A DNA stretch of 64,000 nt, taken from NCBI GenBank assembly GCA_963841015.1, contig CAWJAX010000003.1:64001-128000 (forward strand), read 5' to 3'. The DNA comes from an uncultured Methanoregulaceae archaeon. GTDB lineage: Archaea; Halobacteriota; Methanomicrobia; Methanomicrobiales; Methanospirillaceae. This document shows, piece after piece, positions 21,769 through 31,686 of the stretch. The notes beneath the pieces were generated by a model. The model was given only the letters and a program-made list of their open reading frames with translations, was not told the DNA's origin and did no database searches. Position numbers and translations under genes: made by a program. How positions within the stretch are numbered: position 1 is the stretch's first letter; the number at the start of each line of letters is the position of its first letter.

Positions 21769-23136
21769 TTATTTTTCCCGACGGATCCGTGAAAGTGGTG
21801 AGCACTGGTCAAAGAATTCCGCGATGAATGGTGCAAACTCCTCCTTCCAGCATTCGGGTCCCTCATAAAGGGTCCATCCCAGTTCCAGAGACTGTCGCAC
21901 ATGTTTTCCCAGGCTCACACTCATGAGAGCTTCCGAAGACAACAGGCTTTTTGCAGTCTGATATTCCCTCGGCACCTCAATCACGTACCGCCCGTCTTCA
22001 ATGAATGGCCGGGACTGACGTTCCGCCTGGTGCTTTTCACGGAATTTATCTGCATTTACGTGGTTCCAGAGTGGCGGCCCCATATGCCGGCGTATTGCCG
22101 GAAGGTCCCCCACAAGGAGCTCAAGAAGGATCATGCATTCCTCTGACTGCATATCATACGAAGCGTGATGGACGGCAAAACCGTTTCTCTCCAATAATTC
22201 TCTGATTGCCGAAACACTGCGCTTGAGCTGTGGCACAATAATCTCCGGAATGTATTGTGGTGTCGCAAAAATGACAGCAAAAACATGTGTCCTGCGTTGA
22301 GCAATTGTCGCGGCCAGTTCTTTTTTCAGGATACAGCGTTCCATCGGATGCAAAAAAAATTCGGTTACGGGGTTTTCACCATACCCCCTCGCCAGTTCGA
22401 CAAACCCTGCCATGCGATCCAGGGATACTGCTGCTGCCACGTTGCGTTTCGGATCGACCGGATCGATGACGACCAATGGTTCCTCGAATTTTTTTGCAGC
22501 ATGGTTCTCAATATCGATAACAATCCCGGGCCGCCAGGATGCTGCTTCCCGGATAAGTGGTGTAAATCCCCCGTAATGGAGCACAAGGAGCTCACAGAGA
22601 TACCCTGAAAATCCTTCCGTCATCTGGTCTGAACCATAAATACCGCCAGCTTTGGTGAATTGTTTGAGCAGGAGCACATCATCGATTAACCCATTGATCT
22701 TGTCGGTAATGTACCGTGTGTGAAACGGGGTGCGGTCAACGGCACTCTGGATCCGTTCGGCACTGTCCACCCTATAGCAGGGAACAAGATCTACATCCAC
22801 ATCATCGATAAAAGCATTGATATACGGGTGTTCGGCATACTTTTCATGGAAACGGTCGGAGAATAAGGATGCAATGCTCCGCGCGAGTGCAAGTCCTTCT
22901 GTTTCAAGTTCCTCGCGGGACAACCCCGGGTCAAAGAGCATGAACACATCAAGATCCCGATCTCCGCGAACCCATGTATGCCGGGCAATCGAGCCCACGA
23001 CCATTCCCTCTGCTTTCCCGCTTTGTTCAATTGCGGCAAGCAGGCGTTTCGCCAGACCACACACATGATCGCGCTCCTGTTTTGTTGGACGGAGATTCAT
23101 CAATACATGCTCTTCAATCGGCAACCGTTTCACCAT
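21769..23136 (-). CDS. cca: CCA-adding enzyme (archaeal class I)
   Basis: GS.ARHTW...DRDLD, YAEHPY, SAVDRTPFHT, GFSGYLCELL and DPVDPKRNVAAA motifs. Confidence 0.96.
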   Translation of the reverse strand: MVKRLPIEEHVLMNLRPTKQERDHVCGLAKRLLAAIEQSGKAEGMVVGSIARHTWVRGDRDLDVFMLFDPGLSREELETEGLALARSIASLFSDRFHEKYAEHPYINAFIDDVDVDLVPCYRVDSAERIQSAVDRTPFHTRYITDKINGLIDDVLLLKQFTKAGGIYGSDQMTEGFSGYLCELLVLHYGGFTPLIREAASWRPGIVIDIENHAAKKFEEPLVVIDPVDPKRNVAAAVSLDRMAGFVELARGYGENPVTEFFLHPMERCILKKELAATIAQRRTHVFAVIFATPQYIPEIIVPQLKRSVSAIRELLERNGFAVHHASYDMQSEECMILLELLVGDLPAIRRHMGPPLWNHVNADKFREKHQAERQSRPFIEDGRYVIEVPREYQTAKSLLSSEALMSVSLGKHVRQSLELGWTLYEGPECWKEEFAPFIAEFFDQCSPLSRIRREK

Positions 23137-23669
23137 TTCACCTCCAGCAGATCTTCGTAGACCGGACCCTGAGGGAGGAGTGTACTTTTTTTTAATTTTA
23201 TACTGCTGATCATGCAACTGCCATAGGATTTGTCTTTCAGGTTATTCAGCACGGATAACAGAGAGGGATGAGGTGATTTAACCCGCGCCAGAGTTGCGTG
23301 GGGTGTGAAGCGGCGCGTCTCACGTTCGAAACCGAGAGGTTCAAGTACATCCTCGATAAGGTGGAATAAACGCCCGCTCTCTCCGCTATCCCCGATTGCA
23401 CACCAGACTGTGTGCGGGTGTTGTGGATTGTTTACCGTGACGGTGCCAGCGGTTACGGGAAATGAAGGAAAGGTGACAGACCTGAGTGCATCCATAACTT
23501 TCCGGAGTGTTTTATCATCAACGTCACCAAGAAATTTTGCGGTAATGTGAATATTTTTTGGATCCACATAGGTTAGTCGGGCTTTGCACCCCCGTATAAT
23601 CTCCTGAACTAAAGCGAGATGATCCTGGATTTCTTTAGAAAGTTCGAGTGCTATAAACGATCTTACCAT
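23130..23669 (-). CDS. thpR: RNA 2',3'-cyclic phosphodiesterase (2H phosphoesterase)
   Basis: RSFIA, HITAKFLG, PHATLAR, S.L.P.GP.Y; overlaps the cca start. Confidence 0.93.
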   Translation of the reverse strand: MVRSFIALELSKEIQDHLALVQEIIRGCKARLTYVDPKNIHITAKFLGDVDDKTLRKVMDALRSVTFPSFPVTAGTVTVNNPQHPHTVWCAIGDSGESGRLFHLIEDVLEPLGFERETRRFTPHATLARVKSPHPSLLSVLNNLKDKSYGSCMISSIKLKKSTLLPQGPVYEDLLEVKW

Positions 23670-23800
23670 CTACCGTACTATTATTTCATACCACTACTAA
23701 TCATAATCGCTTAGAGGATACATCAGATAAAATGAACAAACCATGATTTTTTTATCTCCGGAAAGCCTATTGGATAGGTAACTGTGTGAGGGTGTTTTTT

Positions 23801-24067
23801 GTGCCGAAAAAATTGCAATTGATCGTATATACGCTAGAATACTGCCCGAATTGTGACAATTTAAAGGGATTTCTGACGAAGGGCGGCTATACATATTTCG
23901 AGCGTGACCTTTCGACCGCGGAATCCCTTACGGAACTGCGTATGAATGGGGTTTTTGTAAACGAAGCCCCCGTTTTACAGAAAGACTCTGATTTCTACAC
24001 CTCTGCGGATCTTTTTCCAGCGGGCAAACTGGATGGGGAGCACCTATCAAAGACTGATATCAGGTGA
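23801..24067 (+). CDS. glutaredoxin/NrdH-like redoxin
   Basis: VYTLEYCPNC and EAPVL motifs; immediately upstream of nrdD. Confidence 0.88.
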   Translation: MPKKLQLIVYTLEYCPNCDNLKGFLTKGGYTYFERDLSTAESLTELRMNGVFVNEAPVLQKDSDFYTSADLFPAGKLDGEHLSKTDIR

Positions 24068-24070
24068 ATA

Positions 24071-26255
24071 ATGGCACAACGGGAGACCAGGCAGCTTACG
24101 TTTGAGGGAATCACTGTTCCCGTACTCCCCTCCGTCCGAACATCTGACGGGCACATCATCGAATGGGATCGCAATCGCATTGTCCGACAGATTGTAGAAG
24201 AAACCAAACTTGTCGAGACATTCTATGGCTATGATGGTGCCGATGAAGCGACCGCACAGGAAATCGCGCATGATGTAGAAAACCGGATCAAGAATATGGG
24301 GTTGAAGTCCCTCTCCGGGCCACTTATCCGCGAGATTGTTAATATCACCCTCCTTGAAAAAGGTATGATACAGTACCGGAATGTTTCCACCCGTGTCGGT
24401 ACTCCGGTATTCGACGCACATCAGATCGATGTTGGCAGAGGATTTGAAGCGCACGATAATGCCAACCTTCAGGAAAATGCCGAGACTTCCCACAAGAAGA
24501 AGGCAGACAAGATATCGAAGGAACAATACCTGCTTCAGCTCCCCCCCGATCTTGCCGATCATCACCTGTCAGGAGAGATGCACATCCACGATCTTGAGTA
24601 TTTTGGTACCCGCCCGTTCTGCCAGGACTGGGATCTGCGTTATTTCTTTTACTATGGACTTATGCCTGACGGCAATGGAACGAAAGCTTCTGTAGCAGGC
24701 CCTGCCAAACGTGCCGAGGTTGCAATCCTCCATGCTGTGAAAGCACTCGGTTCCGCACAAACAAATTTTGCCGGGGGACAGGGTTATTACAATTTCCTCA
24801 CATTCCTTGCACCTTATATGGAAGGAATGGCGTATAACGAGATCAAACAGAACATGCAGATGTTTGTGTATGAAATGACTCAGATGATGGTTGCCCGCGG
24901 TGGTCAGCTCGTTTTTTCATCGATTCAACTATCACCTGGTGTTCCTACTCTCTGGCAGGACAAGCCCTGTATATACAAGGGGAAGATATGGGATGGCAAA
25001 TCTGCACCTCGCAGGACATATGGGGAATTCGAGCGTGAGGTGCGTCTGCTTTTCAAGGCACTCATGGAAGTAATGCTTGAGGGAGATTACTGGGGAAAAC
25101 CCTTCAACTTTCCAAAGCCCGAGATCTCAATTGAGCCCGATTTCATGAATGAACGTGATGATTTCAACCGAAATAATCCCGACTTGCCCACCTTCCAGGA
25201 ATTATACCTGATGACCTTCGAGCTCGCTTCAAAGTTCGGTACACCTTATTACGATAACCAGCTTCCTGCTTACCGTGGAGCCGGTAAAGGAATTTCCTGT
25301 TACCAGTGCTGTGCCTACCAGTTTTCTACAGTAGCGGACAAAGATTCGGATTTTGAAAAGAAACTTTTCTTTGAGGACGGCAGGCACTTCTCTATGGGGT
25401 CATGGCAGGTTGTATCGGTGAATTGCCCCCGGGCTGCTTACAATGCTGAGGGGGATGATAAACGACTTTTTGCCGAACTCAAGGCACTCATGGAGGTCTC
25501 AGTGGAAATTTTTAAGATCAAGCGTCGCTGGATGGACCTCATTCGGGCGAACAGCCGGATGCCTTTTGCGATGCAGCGCCCAAAAGACCCGAATACTGGC
25601 GAACGTGGTGCGCTTGCTGTCGACCTTGAAGGACTTGTGTACACGATTGGCGTAGTCGGCGTCAATGAGATGGTACAACATCATACGGGTAAACAGACTC
25701 CACGAATCAAAAGAGGCGTTCAGGCTCGCTATACGTGCGATGACGGAAATGGAACTCTATGGTCGGGAACTTTCAAAGAAGAACAACATGACCATAGCGC
25801 TGGCACGTACCCCGGCAGAAACGACAGGTCAAAGGTTCGCGGTTGCAGACCTCCTCGATCGTCGTTATCATAGTTCTGCTGTAAAAGTTATCAAGGGGGA
25901 CATTGAAGAAGGTCTGGAAATGCTGGGCAAGAGCCGCGATCTTCCTGTTTACTATACGAACGGAACCCATGTCGCACCAGGTGCGAATGTTCCTCTCACC
26001 AAACGGATGGAGATCGAGCATGTGTTTTTCCCGATTGTGGATGGTGGAAACATCTTCCATATCTGGCTGGGCGAAGCACGTCCTGATCCGCGTGGACTCA
26101 TGGATATGGCAATGAAACTCTGCCGGAATACTCAGATCGGGTATTTTGCCTTCACCCGAGATATCACCGTCTCGCTACGACAGTTCCACGAGATGCGAAC
26201 GGAAAAGCAATCTATTCCCCCGTGGGTCTCATCCGATTTGCCGGTAAAGGTATAA
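24071..26255 (+). CDS. nrdD: anaerobic (class III) ribonucleotide reductase catalytic subunit, frameshift near 25690, lacking C-terminal glycyl-radical domain
   Basis: ATP cone, HIHDL, GGQG, YQCC finger loop, TPAE, YYTN, GG.IFHI and GYFAFT motifs. Confidence 0.92.
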
Positions 26256-26500
26256 TCTTTCTGTCTCACCTAAATTTTGGCTCTTTTGAATTCCTTTTGA
26301 AATTAACTTACAAAGCACGGGTATACTGATGGAGAGATAGAACCGGCCCCTCCATACTCTCCCTGTGTTCATAGATTTTTTCACTCTTCAGGAATTATCA
26401 TTTAGGGGGACTGGTGTAGTGGGATGAAATTAATAATAGTTATCAGGTTTTTTGAACATTTTTTTAGAGTCCAAAACCAATTTAAAAAAATCAAGGATAA

Positions 26501-26920
26501 TCAGTATTGTTTTGCCTTTTTCAGCGTGATATCCATCAAACCACGGTGGATCCGATAGTAACTGTGAATTCTGTCAATAGGTTTATCGAGCATAATAGTA
26601 ATGTCCCGGTTATCAATCGAGACATGAACGTTGTTTGTCTGGATATCAATAGAGGGAGCGTTCTTTGGATTGGCGGGCATCGTTGCGGTTATATAAATCA
26701 TATCATCTGATTCCACAACTTCGTACGGAATTTCATCATCATCACCCGGTTCCCCGGCCCGGAAGACTTCGGGGTCTCCGTTTGAAGGGTGCCGGGTAAT
26801 TATCGTGTATCCTACTATGCGTGCGTGATGGTTGTCGGGCATGTTTTTTACAATGTCTTCAACTATCTTTGCAAGGTTATTAAAAACATCATCGTAAGGA
26901 CTGTTCGGATTATTCTTCAT
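26501..26920 (-). CDS. Hsp20/CS-domain-like small protein
   Basis: C-terminal YEVVE..IYITATMP...GLMDITL resembles an alpha-crystallin-like beta sandwich; coupled to the upstream regulator. Confidence 0.65.
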   Translation of the reverse strand: MKNNPNSPYDDVFNNLAKIVEDIVKNMPDNHHARIVGYTIITRHPSNGDPEVFRAGEPGDDDEIPYEVVESDDMIYITATMPANPKNAPSIDIQTNNVHVSIDNRDITIMLDKPIDRIHSYYRIHRGLMDITLKKAKQY

Positions 26921-27536
26921 ATACGCCTCGGAGTATATACCGCTCTTTCATCCGCCCGATGAGCCCTTTACGTTCGAACCGTTTCAGGATCTCACCAAGA
27001 TCTTTTTGTGACACTTCAGTGACCTGTTCCAGTTCCTGAAACGTAAGAGAGTCATGCGAAAGCGCTATGATTACAGTAATCTCTCGATCGCTCCTGAATA
27101 AATCCTTATGGTTTCGGGCAAGGTCATTCATTTTTGTTTCGATATCATGGTTTACCTGTTCGAGATTAGAAAGGATCATATCGTGAGCTTTAATCATTCT
27201 CCCCAGCATGGTGACCGAATTTTTGAGAAGATCATTTCGGGTTCTATCGTCATCGATTCCTTCGGAAAGAACCCGCACCTGTTTGAGATTGATGTCGATG
27301 AGGATGTCATTTTCGAGGTAATAATATTTCCGGCGACGGTCATCCATCTGGCAGGATAAAATGGCTTCCCGCTCCATCATCTGGAGATGATCGATGACTG
27401 CTTTTGGTGAGAGCATCAGCGTCTCGGAGATCTCAGTGACAAAACAGGGTTTCTGTCGCAACAGTTCAATGATTCGTCTGCGATTACGGTTCCCGAGGAT
27501 GTCGAGCAGGCGGGAAACCTCAACAGCATCATACAT
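26910..27536 (-). CDS. ArsR-family wHTH regulator (Phr/HSR1-like)
   Basis: LLDILGNRNRRRIIELL..KPCFVTEIS...SPKAVIDHL and RKYY motifs. Confidence 0.85.
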   Translation of the reverse strand: MYDAVEVSRLLDILGNRNRRRIIELLRQKPCFVTEISETLMLSPKAVIDHLQMMEREAILSCQMDDRRRKYYYLENDILIDINLKQVRVLSEGIDDDRTRNDLLKNSVTMLGRMIKAHDMILSNLEQVNHDIETKMNDLARNHKDLFRSDREITVIIALSHDSLTFQELEQVTEVSQKDLGEILKRFERKGLIGRMKERYILRGVYEE

Positions 27537-27729
27537 CTTTACTTAATGTTAGTATTGGAAATATTTAAAAATTTTTTCAACCTGATATTTTGTTTTTATG
27601 AAATGATGTTTGAGAAAGTCATGATTTACACTTTATTCGTGGTGAGATCATGAAAATGTGTTATTCTTTTATTTTTATTATTACCAAGCATTATCTGTTG
27701 ACAGCACCTCTTAGTTATGGTGATATCCA

Positions 27730-27957
27730 GTGGAGAGACAACCCGTTGATTCCTGTAACCTAAAAACGGTAGGTTACGATAATCATTTAAAGAATTTAGA
27801 AATTGAATTCCATTCCGGGATGGTTTTTCAATATCAAAATGTTCCTTCCCACATCTATGCAAATCTGTTAAGTGCTCAGTCAACAGGGACATTTTTTACC
27901 GACAATATCAAAAACCGGTATCGATCAAAACGGCTCGACAAGGTTACCGTTCAGTGA
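27730..27957 (+). CDS. KTSC domain protein
   Basis: V.SCNLKTVGYD...LEIEFHSG.VFQY.NVP...L.AQS.G.FF...IK. Confidence 0.9.
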   Translation: MERQPVDSCNLKTVGYDNHLKNLEIEFHSGMVFQYQNVPSHIYANLLSAQSTGTFFTDNIKNRYRSKRLDKVTVQ

Positions 27958-28362
27958 TTATAGAGCCTTATTATCAGAAAAAAAAATTTTTCGCTCGTAT
28001 TCTTTTTACAAACTGAGGGTTTTTCAAAATTCATTTCTCTCAGATATTACATGCAATACTCTGGTGAGATAACGGCGGGGAAGAATGTGTTTCCCACGGC
28101 TTTCCTGCGCCGGGAATGGTAATATCGTAGTACCTGTTCGGGAAATCTCCACATCCAGCCCGATTGAAACCTCCCGGAAGATTTCCCTTGGCGAATGAGC
28201 ATAGTCTCGAGCCATTTTTTTACTCAGCTGCCAGGTATTGCGTACTCTCGGGCAATATTTCCTGACGTTCTGAAAGTTGCGTCGAAGTTTCTGACGATTG
28301 GCGGTATAAATACAAACCGGGCAGTCAGTAATAACGGAAAGTATAATAAAAAAACTGTTGGG

Positions 28363-29022
28363 TTATGCTGCACCAGCGCTGTCATACAGCAGGCAAATGT
28401 ACCGCATAAACAGGAGTGTTATTGGAGCAATGAGACAGAGATAAATAATGATGCCAAGGACAGGAATCATCGTAAGGATACCAACAATAATTCCAACAAT
28501 GATTCCCACAATCATCAGGACAATAAGTGCGATTATGTAGGAAACCCAGCCTATTTTGTTGATGGTTGCAAGAATAGCAGAAATATTAAACGCCTCACCA
28601 ATGCTTCCGGTTCGGGCAAAACGTACTATTCCGATTACCTCAAAGACAGCAATGATGACTCCAAGGACGAACATGACCAATAGGCCGAGAGCCATAGCAC
28701 CGAATGCTGCCATCATTGCCGAGTAGTTGCCGGACATTATGGCAGCAGCTGATGCTCCCAGAACCAGAATCCAGACAATTATGATTGGTAGCGCGTAAAT
28801 CAGGGAAACGATAAGATATTTTATTCCGTCAACAAAAAGAGTGCCCCAATCGTCTACTTCCGGGGCTGGTTTTTCACCCCGCAGAACCTTCATCGCATAT
28901 CCCATCAGGGGAATCGCGAGAAGGATAGTTGCGATGATCAGCATCAGCCACTTGTTCCACTTACCAACTACAGCCTCCTTTGCATATTCAAAGGATTCAC
29001 CAATCATATTACCGTAATCCAT
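28363..29022 (-). CDS. DUF4013 membrane protein
   Basis: GY...VLRG..PAPEVDDWG.LFVDG and RFARTGSIGEAFN motifs. Confidence 0.9.
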   Translation of the reverse strand: MDYGNMIGESFEYAKEAVVGKWNKWLMLIIATILLAIPLMGYAMKVLRGEKPAPEVDDWGTLFVDGIKYLIVSLIYALPIIIVWILVLGASAAAIMSGNYSAMMAAFGAMALGLLVMFVLGVIIAVFEVIGIVRFARTGSIGEAFNISAILATINKIGWVSYIIALIVLMIVGIIVGIIVGILTMIPVLGIIIYLCLIAPITLLFMRYICLLYDSAGAA

Positions 29023-29159
29023 ATCTGTAAACCTCTTGAAAGGCAAGTCCTGCCAATCATCCATGACAATACAGCCACAAACGATTTAAATATCTATGAT
29101 TATCTCGCCGAATATAAATTTATCGCTGAAATTGACTTAAAATTGAAAAAAAGCACAGA

Positions 29160-30645
29160 TTAGTGCCTGAAGTATCGAGTACCGGTAAACACCATCGCCA
29201 TACGTAACCGGTTTGCGGCATCAATAACCTCTTTATCGCGAATAGATCCTCCCGGTTGTACAAGGGCTGTCGCTCCTGCCTGAGCGGCAACTTCAAGCGT
29301 GTCCGGGAACGGCAGGAAAGCATCCGAAGCAACAGCGGAACCTTTGAGTGGGGCACAGGCTTTCATAATGGCAATCTTTGCTGAATCAACCCTGCTCATC
29401 TGCCCGGCACCGATTCCCAAGGTGCGTTTCTGATCGGCAAATATGATGGTATTGCTTTTCGTATGCTTGCACACCTTCCATGCAAGCTGGACAGCACGCA
29501 TCTCATCCGGTGTTGGATCTCGGTCGGTTATGACTTCCCAATGTTCCTGATAGGGTGGAGTTCGCTGGACCAGAACACCCCCATCGATTGATCGTATCTC
29601 ATCAGATTCAGATCTCGGCGGAATTGCAAGCACACGCATATTCTCTTTTTTTACCATAATACCGAGAGCCTCTTTTGAAAATGAAGGAGCGACAAGGACT
29701 TCAACAAACGTTCCGGCAATTTCTTCAGCCACTTTTTTATCAACTTCCCGGTTAAGGCAGACAACAGATCCATAAGCAGAAACTGGATCAACTTCCCGGG
29801 CTGTGACATAGGCATCAGGCAAATCAGTACCGATAGCAACTCCGCAGGGGTTATTGTGCTTGATGATTACTGCAGCAGGTTCCTCAAATTCGCAAAGAAG
29901 AGCCACACCAGCGTTAACATCAAGATAATTATTATATGACATCTGCTTTCCCTGTGTGGGCTGAGCACCGGCAATACCCGAATTGCCATAGACTGCAGCC
30001 TGCTGGTGCGGATTTTCACCATACCTCAGTTCCCTGCCATGATTGAATTGCAGCGTTAACGTTGAGGGAAACGGGGCATCGAGCAGGTAGAGGTAATTGC
30101 TGATCGCCGCATCGTAAGCTGCAGTCCTGGCAAATGCCTTTTTTGCAAGCGTGAGACGCTGTTCCAGCAAAATTCCGCCATTTTGAACTGCTTTGACCAC
30201 TTCCTGATAATCTGAAGGGTCAACAACAACTGCGACATTTTTATAATTTTTAGCCCCGGCCCGGATCATCAGCCGGTCCGCCAATATCGATAAATTCGAT
30301 TAATTCTTCAAGACTCAACCGTTGCCCGGACATCTTTTCAAACGGGTACAGGTTAACAACCAGGAGGTCGATCCTGTTGATACCGTGCTTTGCCATCACT
30401 GCATCATCAATATGCTGTCTCCCCAGCAGCCCCCCATGGACTTTTGGGTGCAGTGTCTTCACGCGTCCATCCATCATCTCGGGGAATCCGGTATAACTGG
30501 AAACCTCAGTAAACCTTACACCCTCCTCAGCCAGTGCCTTTCCGGTTCCGCCCGAACTCATGATGCTGTATTTATGTCTCAGAAGCTCCTGTGCGAGCTC
30601 AATAATACCTGTCTTGTCCCAGACCGAGAGAAGTGCCCACTTCAT
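29160..30645 (-). CDS. purH: bifunctional AICAR formyltransferase/IMP cyclohydrolase (frameshift near 30275)
   Basis: [49 protein letters not shown] and QPGGSIRD motifs. Confidence 0.95.
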
Positions 30646-30722
30646 GGTCTAGTGTATGCAGAACAGGAAAGAAAAATGTATGCAGAATATTTCCCGATGT
30701 GAATCGGAATATTTAACGAGGG

Positions 30723-30830
30723 GCTCCCGATCAGGTTTCTTTGAGGCACTGCAGGGGATTATTTTGCATAATCACTAATCAGATGCACAGGTACCCTTCG
30801 GGGACAATGGCGGTCATCGAACTTGGGAGC
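30723..30830 (-). ncRNA. candidate box C/D sRNA
   Basis: Terminal stem GCTCCC/GGGAGC enclosing C (TCGATGA), D' (CTGA), C' (GTGATTA) and D (CTGA) boxes in canonical order. Confidence 0.6.
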
Positions 30831-31140
30831 AAAGTGCTATCAAACCTTACGTCTTGTGGAGAATACCCGATTTAATAATTCCTGTATAAGCGCAATTTTT
30901 TCATGCCATTTAAAAAAATTTCAGTGCTCTGTACTGGAATGGGTCTTCCAATTATTGGTGTCCCGGGACCTTAAAAAATTGCTATAATAAATCTTAAAAA
31001 TGGCCGAATATCGAATTAGACGAAAAATCAACCCCAATTATGAAAAACAAGTAATATTTAAGGTTCTTTTTTGAATATAATGCAAAAATATATATAGAAC
31101 TACAATACAATAGATATTGGATCATCAAATGGGATGTACA

Positions 31141-31683
31141 ATGCCCGACGCAGAACACAGTACAGAACAAAACGAAGCACAGGGTTCCGGTTTGGTAGAA
31201 AATCCCGAGCCGGAATCTCAACGGCATGCAGCTGAGCTCGAAGCGCAAAAGAAAGCCTTTGCCGAATTACACGATCAACACATAAGGCTTGCTGCAGATT
31301 TTGAAAATTTCAAAAAACGTACAGCTCGTGAAAGGGAGACTCTCATCTCACTTGCAAATGAACGGTTCGCCATTGACATTCTCGAAGTGGTGGACAACTT
31401 TGAACGGGCATTAAAAACGGATGATACTCACCTGCGAGAAGGTATCCTTCAGATCAGGCAGCTCCTTAATGCCCAATTGCTGCGCAATGGGATAACTCCC
31501 CTGGATGCACAACAAAAACAATTCAATCCTGCAGAACATGAAGCCATTGCTCATATCAATTCAGAAGAACCGGCGGGCACCGTGATTGATGAAGTTTCAC
31601 GCGGGTATCGTATGCATGACAAAGTAATAAGATACGCAAAAGTTGTCGTATCCAAAGGAAATCAGAAAGATCAGGAGGTATAA
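31141..31683 (+). CDS. grpE: nucleotide exchange factor GrpE
   Basis: ADFENFKKR, FNP..HEAI and GY.MHDKVIR.AKV motifs; upstream of dnaK. Confidence 0.95.
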   Translation: MPDAEHSTEQNEAQGSGLVENPEPESQRHAAELEAQKKAFAELHDQHIRLAADFENFKKRTARERETLISLANERFAIDILEVVDNFERALKTDDTHLREGILQIRQLLNAQLLRNGITPLDAQQKQFNPAEHEAIAHINSEEPAGTVIDEVSRGYRMHDKVIRYAKVVVSKGNQKDQEV

Positions 31684-31686
31684 AAA

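Noticed and set aside
26404-26425. GGGGGACTGGTGTAGTGG resembles a tRNA 5' half
   Set aside because: No anticodon arm, T arm or matching acceptor strand follows
28024-28215. 63 aa minus-strand ORF with an upstream TATA-like element
   Set aside because: No recognisable motif; cannot be supported without homolog data
28195-28683. Asn/Asp-rich plus-strand ORF
   Set aside because: Antisense shadow of the hydrophobic DUF4013 gene
1463-30645. Programmed frameshifting or true pseudogenes in copA, glnK2, amt2, nrdD and purH
   Set aside because: Indels are scattered across unrelated conserved genes with no shared slippery motif, so sequencing error is more parsimonious
30646-30900. ZTP riboswitch upstream of purH
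   Set aside because: No pfl-motif consensus was seen; the structure fits box C/D better
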